Below are positions 26,180 to 38,961 of a DNA stretch of 64,000 nt, in pieces. The translations under genes and the position numbers were made by a program. The DNA is from Phoronis australis (taxonomy: Eukaryota > Animalia > Phoronida): positions 488,317 through 552,316 of the forward strand of contig NMRA01000287.1 of NCBI GenBank assembly GCA_002633005.1, in the 5' to 3' direction. A model generated the notes under the pieces. It ran no database searches and was not told the origin of the DNA. It saw only the letters and a program-made list of their open reading frames with translations. Each line of letters starts with the position of its first letter. The first letter of the stretch is position 1.

Positions 26180-27550
26180 TAAGATTCAAAGGAATTGTCT
26201 GTTCAGTTGCCGTGTCGCGTGATTACGTAGCACTTCATTGTATTAATTGTTAATGGCATTCTAACCAGCTACGTGATGCTGTAGCAGTCCTTGCGTTCGC
26301 TTTCTGGTACAGATGACATCACTGCTATTTGGCACTAGCACGTGCAGTCGTGGGTTGCCCTTCGCACACGGGCCATGGCTTCAGAAATGAGACCTTCGAC
26401 CTCCCCTGCGGTCGATCATCTCAAAAGCTCGCCACATTGCACGTTTCTTTAAAGTAGTGGCTTCTATTGTTGCAAAGCTATCTGCCGTGGACAACTTTGC
26501 ACAACACAGAGAGGAACTGACCGACAATATATGTACACTCATACGGTATGATGCTGGTTCAGAGACCACAGTTCCATCGTTCCGCCACATGCACCGTAAG
26601 CAGTCATTGTACGTTGACTGCTGTCGAAACCAGTGAGATATGCGTCCATCGTATCCTATAAGGACAACCAACAATCTCTCTTCGCAAAAAGCACAAAACA
26701 CCAATCATCAGGCAGTTCTTTTCAAAAGATGATCACCCAAATGCATTATTTCAAAGCAGGAGTTGCAATCTTATCTTCCTTCACCGCAATTCGACAAACA
26801 AAATAAAAACATCCTGTATGCGATCTGGGTCATGTCCGACATCGTAAGGATGTAGCCATGGTAGAATGTGTTGATCCAACAGTTCACAGTCCAGTGCGGT
26901 CCTCTGGAAAAACAGATTTGTTCTCCGCCAGGTAGATCTTCGGTAGGTGCGAATGCATCAGGTCAGTCGTACCTAAACTGGATGGCGTTTTCGTAATCCA
27001 GGAGAACAGGCATTTCAAAAATCCGGTGTCTCAGGTACGGGAATTGTCAGGTTGCACTAGCTGTGCTGTGCTGGAATGTTATCTCTGTAATGTGTATTTG
27101 GCAGAAAATTGGAACTCACTCCTTTGATCTGTTTGTCATTATATATTAAGTTGGTGCTGTCAAGAATGGTCGTCGATGGGAGAGTTGATAGTCTTAGTCT
27201 TTCTGATACGGATTCACCCCAAATTTGATCACCTATACTGAACTTGAAGGGAAGGTTGTGCCACTCAGAGTGTCTGGAGGGCTGTGTCTTACTAAGTTTG
27301 ATAATCGTGGGTGTCTTTTGGATGAGTTTGTACAGCATTTGCTTCAGCTGTAGTGGCAGCGTCTGGAGAAGCTGCTTCTTTGGATGACGTCGTGACTGAT
27401 GAGTAGTGTTCAGAACCCTGTCACGACGGAAGACATGTTAGATGGGACCTCCGACACTCACTACGCTTCAGAATCTGAGATCTTGACAAAGTTGCGACAT
27501 TGGTTGGACCCTTTGCAGAAGAGGATTTTGTCCTTGTTGTAACCAAAGGT
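26180..27550 (-). mobile_element. Heavily decayed RTE-clade LINE reverse transcriptase
   Basis: Frameshifted motifs KGVSSN..HYRDNI (KG..S.C.NYRGISLL), DGTVVSE and LTINTMKCYV. Confidence 0.55.
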
Positions 27551-27659
27551 CAGTAGTCCCAAATGTGTAGATCAGTTGTTCCAAATTACAAGTTTGCTAC
27601 AGACAACTGCACGCTGCCATTGACAATAATTTTAAATAAACAACACATTTCTGTTTCAG

Positions 27660-27771
27660 TGTTCAACACGCATTCTCCGGTATTGCATCAGAGCATCAAT
27701 TCGAAATATGACGTCAAAGGAGTGGAACACGTGACCATAAAAGAAAACCACTACTTGATAATATCCAACGC
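27660..27771 (+). CDS. EAR/EPTP-repeat exon (VFNTHSPVLHQSINSKYDVKGVEHVTIKENHYLIISN), open but followed by decayed exons
   Basis: TTTCAG acceptor, GTGAGT donor, phase 1 matching exon 23637; HQSI..VEH.TI..HYLIISN EAR motif. Confidence 0.65.
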
Positions 27772-27803
27772 GTGAGTAAATAACCTGTTATTTGTCTTCA
27801 TAG

Positions 27804-28208
27804 GTTCCCAGAGTTCGCAATGTCGAAACTTCTGAAGGCCCATTAGTGTAAAAATATTTTGTAAAGAACATTCGCACGACCGATTCTTGACGGGACGAAC
27901 GTCTGAACCACAAGCACAATCCTGTGTGTAGTATAGTGAGGCGTTTGGGCGATCTGTTTTAGAAGATTCTCGGTCACAAGACAGAGGCAGACCCGGAAGT
28001 GGCGTCATCCGCAAACCAGAGAAATTGGCTTTGACATCACCGTTCAATGTCAAATTTGGCCCGGAACTGACGTTATCTATTCGTGCAGGTGGAGGGTGAT
28101 AGCGTATACAATGACCACGGCGACTCGTACGTGGCGTTTTTGTGCGCAGGATAATGAACCAGACAACAGCTCTCGATATCCGTTGGAATCTCCAACCTAC
28201 TCTTGAAG
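27804..28208 (+). pseudogene. Two decayed EAR exons
   Basis: PLV*KYFVKNIRTT (from 27804) and DHGDSYVAF / AQDNEPDNSSRYPLESPTYS* (28089-28208, AG/GT flanked), with stops and frameshifts. Confidence 0.5.
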
Positions 28209-29037
28209 GTAATCAAAATAACGTCTTCATAATGTCAGAGCATCCGGATGGCATGCATACAGTCAAGTGACTACAGAAGCCATGATGACCTAGTTTTCAC
28301 AATTCCTAGAGGTTTACTGGCGTCGTTAGGTTACCCTTGTAGCCTTTGATCGTAAATCGAAACCCCTCTCCAACACGGGTTATTTCCTGCATAAGTTTAC
28401 CTACTTAATATTTATCTGTGACGTCGGTGTTCCTTTTTCCGGTTTGCGGCTGAGGTCTGCCCTAAGTCCACTTTTAACGTACAGTATGGCGTTTGACTGC
28501 AGTACCTTTCTAACATGTCGCATAAACAATTCACTACGCTAATAGCGGGTATGTGAACTGACAGATTCAATGTTCCTGAGTGTACATTGCACTGTGAGTG
28601 ACAGGCAACATATTGCAAGTCAAATAAAAAAACCTTTATTGAGCGTGTTATTATATTACAAATGCCTCATAATATAACAAAGACAACGAGGTTTGAAAAT
28701 AGCAAAAGGCAATCCGATTTTTTGAAAATATGAAAGAAACATTTTCATTCCAACTTATTTGATGTGTTTTCTCCACGGATAACACCGTCGCAGTAACTAT
28801 CGACACCAAATATGATCACAAAAATGGATTAATATCCGTAATACTTAGCGCTCACCAATGTAAACAAGTGTTTTAATTAATTCTTGGTAATATGCTTTGA
28901 TTCCAATTTAGTTCTGATACGAAAATACGCACCCTACACTTGTTTTCTATCTGTCTGCAATGTAATAGCTCAGAATGGTGTTGCATGTGACGTACATGTA
29001 CACGTGAAGACGCAACACTTCTGTTAATAGCTTACAG

Positions 29038-29241
29038 CTCTTTATTGCAAAATCTAGACGGCGTTGCATTGAAAAATCTCTGGAATCCAATGGCTCGTGG
29101 ACATGCAGTGCTTGGAAAGGAGGCAAAACGGAAGTGTACCGATATGACCAATCGAAGCAAGAATATCTGCTGAGTCAACTCTTGGACACTGGTGACGCAA
29201 GGTGATGTTCCTTTCCAATTCACGTTATATCAATCTAAAAT
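29038..29241 (+). pseudogene. Decayed EAR exon, 5' part (interrupted by the hAT-like element)
   Basis: LLQNLDG / GKTEVYRYDQSKQEYLLSQLLDTGDAR*CSFPI; a probable remainder lies at 31915-31984. Confidence 0.65.
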
Positions 29242-31909
29242 CAGAGGCGGATCTACGTTTTCAGTAAGGGGGGTTTAGGATTCCCGCAAAGGTCGAATCC
29301 GAGACGCGTGGCGCGGAGCGGGGTCGGGTAGCCAAATAGTGAAATTTCCTTGCATCCTGGTAAGTTTCTTGCACTTAACATGTCTCTGGAATTGTTCTTA
29401 AGATAATTTAAAACCCTTCTCGAGTTCGTCACATGAACTTTGCTCATAAGGTTCTTCAAACCATATTGGTCCACATATAGGAAATAGTCACGCTACCAGC
29501 AAAAATTTTTGTTGGAACATCTTCTTACACACACCTTTTTAACATACGAAAAGTCGCATACGAAAATGTGTGGTGTGTATACAGGGATTTAGACAACTGC
29601 CAAATATTCAAAAGCATAGAGAGCACCGACGGGGCGTAAAACTTGAATATCAGTTGATCGCGTAACAGCAGCCTCAAGTTGTTTAAGAACGAAGACCTGT
29701 ACTGTTAGTCCGGAAATAATCATGTGTTCTGTCTCGTTACGAGAAAAACTGGCGAACGATGGTGCTCTCAGCTCATTGTCTATTATTAAAAGCTACAATA
29801 AACAATTAAGTATCACTTTATTAAGCTGAATCACGTTGACAACAATTGAAAAACGTCAAATGTATCAGGAAACAAATCATCTGAAAACAGTTTTACGAAA
29901 CCAAAACATTCTGTACACCGTGGTGAAAAGATATGCAGGGGAACAGTTCGCAGAAGGACCAGATGTACACTGAGAATACACAAAAGGGCTGGCCTGGTCC
30001 GTCACGAGACCAAAAGTATACATGTGCTAATTACCCTTATAAAAATAGCCGATCTCTAGCGGGATCAAACAGTACTGGCTGAGATAAATAGTTTTACAAA
30101 GCACAATTTGGTAAAAAGCATCACTAGACTAGTTTGCCGAGGGACCAGAAGTACAACGAAACTCAATATCTAAAGAAATCAAGCTGTCCTGATCCGTAGC
30201 GAGACCTAAAGTGTACTATGCAAATATTTTTGAAGTGAAAACTTCTCTCTAGATACTTTTTAATCCCCACTGGCTGCTCAGAAGTGTATTTTACACGTCT
30301 GGTGATCAACTGCTGCGAGAGATTGTCTAGGAAGGGTTTTCGCACCGTTCTGTAGTACTCACTGGAAGAAACAAGTATTGAGTACAAATTTTACAACGCA
30401 CTAAGTGAAATAGAGTTTGGATATGAAGCAGATAGAGCCAGTGGAAATACAAACTAGAATCAGTTTCTGTGGGCTCGTGGACCCTCTGCTGCACTGGGCA
30501 AATTTGGTATGTCCAAAAATAATTTCGTTTTCATTGTAAACAAGCATAAAAAAACGACATTATATACAAACTGTGTAGAATTATAACTTATTACCTGTGT
30601 GTTTCTCCACCAACGTTAGTCCTATCCTTCTGTTGTCTAGAGTGCCGAGCTATCTGTATATCGGATTCACTGGTTTGCTCGTCTTGGAACCAGACATCTT
30701 CGATGTTTGTTCCCAACGCTTGCACTTCATCAACTGCTGTGTCAATGAGCTTGTAAGCCTCTACAATGTCAGCATCTCGTTTCGCAGCTCAGTTGGCACT
30801 AAGCCCCCTAAGGTTGCCAATTCCATTCAAAAGACTTACGCGCAACTAAATTTGATCTGTTCATCATGGACTAATTCAGACCTTGACGATGCATCCCAGG
30901 ACCTATTTGCATCTCTTGCAACTTTCGAAATAAACGTCCTAATGACTGAACGCTTGAAACTCGAGGTAATAACATCAAATAAATGCCCATGGGCATGGGC
31001 GTTTCATCGGGTGGGCCTTTCTGCGGAAATCCCCATTATAGAAGACAGCAGTTGTGCTTATTGCAAGTAGAAAGACGGCAGGTGTTGAGGTCGGCACTAG
31101 GGCTCCTTAGTAGGCCTTCTGAAGAATGCACGAGTCCCGCAAGACTTTGTTGTGAAAGTACAGCCTCCCCTCAATTTTTGGTGCTGTACACTGTTCGCGA
31201 ATGCGGTCACGGTCAATATGAGTGCCCCCTTGATCATTCCTTGTATAGACATAACTTGTTAGAGTGCATTTTCAAACAGATTGACTCGCGACCAGACCAC
31301 GGCGCCGCCACAATAGCAATTCTTCGGAAAACGAGTTTTTTTCAAAAGTATTACATGTACATGTACATGTACACCGTATGATATTGCGCAAGACAACTTT
31401 ACTATACACCAGCTAAGTTCGAGTTACAAACGTGTGGTTCGTAATAGCATGACACTGCACGAAAGATGAGGGAAAAAACGTTGCACGTCAAGTCGTCTGA
31501 ATGTCAGGGTTGCGGCACCACAGTATTTCCCCTAATCAAATCAAAATATATCGTAGTGTAAAGAAGCTAATTACCTAAAGAAATCAGCTATAGAGCTGCT
31601 CTTTCAGGGTTGGATCCACCTAAAATGCTTGGCTACTTCAAAGGTGTCGACGGAAGCGCAAGTTTTGCCGATGAGCCACGAAGACTCGAAATGCGTTGGT
31701 TTTCATAACAGCAATTCACAATGCAAAAAATTATATTTTCAGAATGAAACCTCGCCCCTCAATTTTTTCCAAGTTGGTTTATTTGGGGTTTACACACTCT
31801 GGCCTTGCCGTTTTTGTTTTGATGGAGACGTTTTTGTTTTTTTTATCTTTGGGTCCTGGCCCAGGGGTGTTTAAACACCCTGAAAGCCCCTAAGGTAGAT
31901 CGGCCACTG
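29242..31909 (-). mobile_element. Decayed hAT transposon with 5-bp TSD (hAT5-like)
   Basis: TIRs CAGAGGCGGATCTAC / GTAGATCGGCCACTG, TSD AAAAT; minus-strand hAT motifs PTRW and SEYYR..PFLDNLSQQLITR. Confidence 0.8.
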
Positions 31910-32078
31910 AAAATCATGCAACACGTCAGTCAAAGACAAATAACTTGCCAATCATTATACCGCCTGTGTGTATTAAACGTGCAGGTTAATACCTTTGATC
32001 GTCATCATGCCGATAATATACCGTTGTACATGTACAATTTCTTAGAGAAGTCACAGGTGAATGGGGTGCCTATATTTC

Positions 32079-32211
32079 CATGGGCGACGAAACGTAGGGG
32101 GCTGGGAGGGTGGCGTTGTAGGCCCCACTTTTTTCATAGAACATGGGCGGTGCTCCACACTGGGCCTGGGGGCTATAGCCCCGCACATTTTTTTATGCTG
32201 CGACGCCCATG
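32079..32211. mobile_element. hAT-like MITE
   Basis: CATGGGCGAC ... GACGCCCATG; flanks ATTTC / GTTTC (5 bp, 1 mismatch); GGGGCTATAGCCCC palindrome. Confidence 0.7.
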
Positions 32212-32559
32212 GTTTCTATTAGTCCGATTCAGCTCAGAAATGAGATCGCAAGTTAGCCATTCCAAAAGTACATGTAGGTGAGTAGTCCATTGCATTTGTT
32301 CTTTCTCCGCAACCGAAAAGAGTAGAATTCGAGACACGTCTGTTTCAGATCTATCGAAACGTTTGTTACCAACGACGACCACTTTTTAGTTGTGACAACA
32401 GACCAAATTTATGACACAGAATCGGGATTCACATGGAGCGACCAAGGTCAAATATGTCTTTATAAATATGACAGGCAATCAGGTAATGTATATATCAATG
32501 TAAAAATCAAATATTTAGGAAATTAGCAAACAGCCAGACAACATTTTTTTCATTTAATC

Positions 32560-32809
32560 TGAAGTCCAATTGCAACAATCTATTAAAAATGGAAAAGAAC
32601 ACAAGAACGTAGATTGACTGCTCGCGCTGTACGTGGCGTTTATTGACAGGTAGTGGAAACAATATTCAGTGGACACATGGAGATACTGGAAACCTTTCAA
32701 TCGCTTCCTTTTATTGTCTTAGTGTTGACACTTAAACATTACATCTACGTTGCCTTGGTCAAGTAGATATGACGCCATGTTGAAGCAGAAGCAACATCAA
32801 ATAGTTGTG
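32560..32809 (+). pseudogene. Decayed EAR exon, 5' part (interrupted by the Kolobok element)
   Basis: QLQQSI..VD*..LYVAFID / ETFQSLP..HYIYVALV; continues after the insertion as YSTAVYRY / FDLHQNI. Confidence 0.5.
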
Positions 32810-32813
32810 TTAA

Positions 32814-33832
32814 AGCGAAGGTAACCTTTTTCATGTCATTTTTACCAAAAGAAGGTTCGATGGCTATACCAGACGTTTTCCACTTAATTACAGCTTCACC
32901 TAATTTAATTAATTATTCGTTCTCTACTCCGGAAGTGACGTTTTGGGAGGCAAGAGTTTCGCGCCAATTTCTTTTCATTATAGTGTGACTGTGAGAACTG
33001 TCAAGTTAGTCATTGTTCTACCTCGGTTGTGATATGTTCGGTAGTCGTTTCCTTTTGTTTAAAAGTCAGTCAACATGCCACACTGTTGCTGTGCACCGGG
33101 ACGTACTCAATATGGCCCAAAGCCCGTAAACAGCCTCCCGTTCAGTAGCGTTAGGACCTCTCTAAAAAGCAAGGCTTCACGGGAATACGCGAGATATTGC
33201 CGTGTATTTTAAATGAGAACACGTGAAATTGACTAGATTTTAGCTAGATCCTAGCGTAGATCCTAGCGTCTACTGAACGCACGCCAACCCAGCTGCAATT
33301 TTGAGTTGTTGGAGTGAATACAGGCCCAGTGAAGAGTACAGTTCGTCGTTCAATGAACAGATCGGTGAGCCAAACTTTGATAAGATAATTGCGGACTTGC
33401 CTAAAGGATTGGAGCTATTTAGAAGGTGCTAGGTGTGTGGCAAGGGAGTCACACGCCGGGGTGTAAGCAGTTTGTGTGCTCAGGTGACTATCCAGTGGGA
33501 GTGTGTCGAGGGATACTTGGGCAAGTGGGGCAGTTGTTCCTCTGTCCGTGAGACCACAATGAGTACATCCCGGTACGCAGCAACAGTGTCGCATGTTGAC
33601 TGACTCGTAAACAAAAGCAAACGACGATCGAATGTATCACAACCGGGGTAGGTTAATGACTGACTCGACAGCTCTCACAGTCAGACCATATGAAAAGAAA
33701 TTGGAGTTAAATTCTTGCCTCCCGAAGCGTCACTTCCGGAATAGAGAACGAATAATTAATCAAAGTACGAAAATCTGTAATTAACTAACCTTATTTTTGC
33801 TAAAAAGGACATGAAAAAAGTTGCATTCGCCT
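32814..33832 (+). mobile_element. Non-autonomous Kolobok DNA transposon
   Basis: TTAA TSD, ~200-bp imperfect TIRs, internal transposase remnant KII..LELFRRC*VC..VTIQWECVEG..GKW (33382-33540). Confidence 0.8.
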
Positions 33833-33865
33833 TTAAATCTGTGTTTATTCGACTGCTGTATATAG

Positions 33866-34056
33866 GTATATTCGACCTGCATCAAAACATCTCAGCCACA
33901 GGTATCTTATCAAGCTGCTTGCACAGTAGTATCCATGGTGACATCTTTTTGGGCCTGTCTCAACGCACCAATGGCAGTTCACAGTTTTACACCACCACAA
34001 CCATCTACAAGTGGTTTCCAGTGGGACAGAGATTGAAACGTTCTGGTATCGTTGAG
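33866..34056 (+). CDS. EAR-repeat exon (GIFDLHQNISATG..HGDIFLGLSQRTNG..TTIYKWFPVGQRLKRSGIVE)
   Basis: Clear EAR motif, AG|GTATGA donor in phase 0; the TATAG acceptor may be cryptic or secondary. Confidence 0.7.
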
Positions 34057-35238
34057 GTATGACAATTACATTAGCCGTACTCATAAAATACGTCAGGTCA
34101 ATGAACTAATGTGCCTATTTAGCAAACTGATTAAAATTTCTAATAAGCATTTGTAGAACTGTAGGTGACGTCATAAAATTACCAAGATAATGTTAGAATG
34201 GCTTCGTGACATGATATCATACAAATGGTTCATTGATACAAGTGAAACTAACACAGTTCCCAAGATGTTATTTTATGTTTCACTTTTGCACGTGGTAAAA
34301 ATACCCCTTTTGTGACTTTTGTGAAAACATCTAACCAATAGATTGCGAAAGGCGAAAGCAAAACATGATTTAAAATATTCGAAGCATAGTTTGAAAAGTT
34401 TTATTTTGAATATTGATAACCAAAGAACTTTGGTCGTGTTATTCATACCGTTGTTTAATACGAATGTTCTTTGCTTTTTGATTAATTTTAATTGCATGTA
34501 CATGTATCACTGGACAATTCACTTGACGTCAATAGTTTAATCAATTCCATATTGTTAACAATATCAGAAAATATATTATTTTGCTGAATATTAATAAAAA
34601 AAAGCCAAAGTTTTGTACATGGGAAAATGGCAGGACATTCAATAACATTAGCATTAACCATAATCTATCTGTATGACTAAATAACGTTTCAAAAAAAGGT
34701 TGCATTTTATTCTCAATTCCGATTCCACCACGTCTAGCCGAATGTCGTCACCGGGAAACAATCACGGGTCTTATCCGGTTGACCCGGGTCAACTGGCAAA
34801 GACAGTGCAGTGCCGCCATTAGAACTGTGGGTATAAGTACTCATGAGCATAAACGCTCTTCTACTTGTTTGTGACTAGATTTTGCGCTTTTCCCACAAAA
34901 CCAGTGTACATGGTTGTGCTAACAAAAAGATTGTACGACGACTGCTGTCTTTGTGGTGCAATCAGCAGCCTCGTTTTCCCAATCCACCTGAGTTTATCCC
35001 ACAATTTCTGATATCGAGAAAAACATTTAATAACAACAATCTACTTCTGATACGCTCACGATTTTTAACTTTTGTCCGAACAATTAGGATCTCTATCTGC
35101 CTTGTGGCAGCGATCTCGCGTGAGCGAAATCTTTGAAAGTGCCCTATATGGCAAATGAGAGGACACTTACAGCAATTCTTCACTACATCAAAATCATAGA
35201 GGACGCTAAACCATTGTTTTCCTGTGTAATTTTCCTAG

Positions 35239-35377
35239 GTGCCGTATTCATTAGGATGCGTCTTGTTTGATGAAGACGGGGTCACTTATGGCTACTTTGC
35301 GCCAAACGCCACAAGCGGGTTTAATCACAGCATGACTCATGTGTTACGCAAAATGGACTACAAGGCAGTGACAAACG
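35239..35377 (+). CDS. EAR-like exon (VPYSLGCVLFDEDGVTYGYFAPNATSGFNHSMTHVLRKMDYKAVTN)
   Basis: TTTCCTAG acceptor, GTGAAT donor; phase 0 to 1 bridges exons 33866 and 38538 exactly. Confidence 0.75.
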
Positions 35378-35445
35378 GTGAATACACTGTCTGTAGCACG
35401 GTTATTCGTTAGAATATATTTGTCATTTTCTGTACCCCTTTGTAA

Positions 35446-35515
35446 TGTGCGTGTGTGTGTTTGTGAGTGTGTGTTTGTACGCTTAAGGGTATGCGTGCAC
35501 ACCCGCGCGCGTGTT

Positions 35516-35554
<39 letters not shown>

Positions 35555-35565
35555 ATGTGTGTGTT

Positions 35566-35597
<32 letters not shown>

Positions 35598-35620
35598 CGT
35601 GTGTGTGGGTGTGTGTGTTT
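35446..35620. repeat. Compound (TG)n/(TA)n microsatellite
   Basis: Directly visible. Confidence 0.95.
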
Positions 35621-37239
35621 GGATGTATAGGCATACAATTTATTCCACAAACACAGGAACAAAGCCATATATTGTCTAGATTTCATTTCATCTGGGAATG
35701 ACACAATGAGACCGAAGGTAGAGTTGGACATTTGCCCTTTGTTGTTTCTCATTTCTCAACAGCAGATGTCGCCTATGTTTAACCCGTGAAAGCACTAGAG
35801 TACTAAATCTGAAAAGGGGGTCCCTTGGGTTTTGTACACCAACGCCACGTGTCGTCGTGGTCGTTGCATAAAATATTGCTTTTCGTTCCCTCTCATTCCT
35901 CAGCAGCAAATGTCGCGTATGCCTAACTAGTGAAAGGGACTAGAATAATACGGAGATATTGTAAGCCCATAAAATAGAAAGTAAATATAGTGTTGTTTAA
36001 ACTTATTAATAATAAACGCATTCTAGCACACTACAGAAAGTCCACAAGTCCTTCAGACAGCATTATCCACACAAGTCATAGTTAAATTAACTGTCCCAAG
36101 GTCCTTCATTTAATTTTCAAAGGTCCTGTATTGACAATGTCGTGGAACACCTGCCCTCTGAATAAAACTAGGTGAATGTCCACCTTACTTGTATATAGAC
36201 ATGCATGGTGTTGTCGCATCCTACCCGAGAATCTTTGTGACGGGTCGAGTTACGCATCGTGGTTTGTAAGACATTGAGGTGTATCTTCTTATCCATCTAT
36301 TTTCTCATCGTTGTAAACCCTTGTCTTTACAGCTAAAGTGAGATTTACCGTCGTCAGTCACTTCCATCTGTAGTAGATTTTAGATCAAAGTGACGTGCAA
36401 TAGTCTTATTCAACTCCAAGATTCAGTAAACCAGGCGTGAGCATGTCGTAAACCAGATGTTCGTCTGTGTCTGTCAGTTGAAGTGCAACTATCATGACAG
36501 GCATGACCAAAGTTTGCCAGGCTTTGGATTTGTTGGTAACGGCGCTGCCTTTGGTGTAATATTTGCTAGAGCATTTTCGGCAGTGAAATTATCGCCTTAA
36601 CTGTCGAATCGTATTCCTCAGTCCTAAACTCTTCCTTCGATATCAGAGCGCATTTATTTGTTTTGTAATGGACTTGGAGTTGAGGTATCTGAATGGAATT
36701 CTGAGTTCTTTCAGGTTGTCTCCAGTATAAACATGCCGTCGTATTTGTGGTAATTTTTAATACAAAAAATCGTAACCTATCAAAAACCTAGATTATCTCT
36801 CTGACGTTCGTTTTCACGATTGGAAGCTGAAAAATCCCTGCTTTGCTTTTAGGTATTAGGTCGGCGTTTTAACTTTAAAAATACCTTTTAACGCCATATC
36901 ATATTGGCCAGTCCTAAAGATTGGAGCTCGTTCGAAACTGAAATTGTATTATTAATTTTTCTGTACAAGGTCAATTTTATGTTTCTAATTTCCATACGCG
37001 GAATTGCTACTTTACTGAATTCTGGCGTCAGAACGGCGAACTGCAAATGTAGCACTCATTGTGAAAAATGACGATAAAACCTTGGCTTCAAATTAACGTC
37101 CAATATCACACACCTGCATATGCGCCAAACCTTTTGGACACATAGTTGTCAGTAACAATATATCCCATATTAACACAATATACTTTACACCTGGTAGCAT
37201 GGTTTCGTAGCCGTAGATCATACGAGACATAACTTGTCA

Positions 37240-38100
37240 TGTTGATAGATGATCCACTCCAAACTATGGAGAAAAGCACTCAAAGCGATCGACGACAGGG
37301 TGCTGGACTTCTCAAAAGCCTTTGATAAAGTATCTCATCGAATACTCTTGCAGGGGATCATATACTGCAGTGTAAGATGTCTCAAACGCAATTGGATCAG
37401 TCTTTTTTAACACAGAAAGTCGTTCTCTGAGGCGAGTTTTGAAATTCCTTCCCAGTTCAATCAGGCGTGCCCCAGGACTCGGTCCTTGGTCCTGCCGTCT
37501 TTATATTCTATTTTAATGACCTTCCCGACTCCATTCTTTCAAATGTCCGTCTCTGCCTATGGCGCAATCGCTTATAGACCCATTGCTTCCCCATGTGATT
37601 GTCTTGACTATCTCAACAAGACTTAGACTCCCTAGCCTCCTGGAAAAATCCTGAACATGGATTTCAGCGTTTGTGCGATTTTATGGCTGTCCACAGAAAA
37701 TGGTTCCACTTAATATACAATTACAGTCTTCGAAACTCACCACTCAAATGCATAAAACAAGCCCCATACCTTGTCGTCGCTCTTACCAATTATACATTGT
37801 ATATTATGAAACACTCGCATAGACACAAGTCGCCTCTAAGGTAACTTCTGAAACAAAAGCCTTGACCGACACTTAACTAGTGAGGCACAAATTTAAATAT
37901 TCCTCCTCTGAGGGGGGAGCCCTCCACTCGCACCAGTACTAACAAGATAGAATACAGCGTAGAGCAGCCAGGTTAGTCCTAAATGGCCACTCCAGGTACT
38001 CTTCTGTTACATCCTATGCTTACCCCTCTCAAATCGAGAACTCTTCAAGAAAACCTACTCAAAACAAACTGTCCCCCATTTTCAAAATCCGGTTGCTATT
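37240..38100 (+). mobile_element. Decayed CR1/L2-like LINE reverse transcriptase (intronic)
   Basis: VLDFSKAFDKVSHRILL and SGVPQDSVLGPAVFIFYFNDLPD motifs. Confidence 0.85.
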
Positions 38101-38537
38101 CTCCACACATACTTTGCACGCCTACATAATTCTTGATCACTTAATTCTCACTTTCATGTCTTTGAGAGAACATACATTAGCATCGCATACTACGCAAACT
38201 CTTCTACGGTTTTACTCTGGAATAGACACCCACACAGACCATCTCATCAGAAACAATGGAGACGTTCACGAGTCACAAAGTTCCAATTTATCACAAACAT
38301 GCGCCAACATATGACGACCGGTATTTCGGTCATTTATTGAAACTGGAAGAAGAATATTGCTTTCCCACCAGCTCATTTGCCCATTCCGAGTCCCTCCATA
38401 ACGTGTTGGAAAATATGGCAGCTGACCAACAGTATCCAGACTTCTAATATTTTAGGGTTTGAAATCAACATATCGACCTCGGCCAAAATTGTTAAGTGTA
38501 TAGTGCTCTATTACTCACCTAGCAAGACTTATTTCAG

Positions 38538-38773
38538 ATCTTTATTCCCTTCACATATCTGACCCCCTGGGGTTAGAGAGCGCGTCCATCACCAACAGCG
38601 CAGTAACCGCCAGCAGCTTTCACCCATCGTGTCCACATCACCATGCGCGACTGAATTTGAGGTACGGGAATTGTCACGCCTGGGAGCCCGTCTCCTCCTC
38701 CATCAACATCTGCGAAGAATGGCTACAAGTAGATCTCAGATACGAGCACCACGTGACCAAGCTGGCCAGTCAG
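38538..38773 (+). CDS. F5/8 type C domain 1, exon a
   Basis: PLGLESASITNSAVTASS..ARLN..AW..EWLQVDL..VTKLASQ; AG/GT, phase 1 to 0. Confidence 0.93.
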
Positions 38774-38865
38774 GTAAAACACAGTAGGCTGTTGGTTGAA
38801 CTCATGAAGAAGTAACAGTGTTCTCTTGATATCTGAGCGAATATATAATGTGCTTTTTCATCCAG

Positions 38866-38961
38866 GGACGACACGATGAAGAGAAATGGGTGATGAGTTA
38901 TACACTCAAATTTTCGACAGATGGTGCCGATTTTCAATGTTTCGGAGGATTTACGTGTAAG
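38866..38961 (+). CDS. F5/8 type C domain 1, exon b
   Basis: GRHDEEKWVMSYTLKFSTDG..; AG/GT, phase 0 to 0. Confidence 0.93.

Noticed and set aside
30597-31381. 157-aa and 132-aa plus-strand ORFs
   Set aside because: Antisense to the decayed hAT transposase.
34778-34793. 16-bp perfect palindrome GTTGACCCGGGTCAAC as a regulatory or terminal element
   Set aside because: Isolated; no partner end or other support found.
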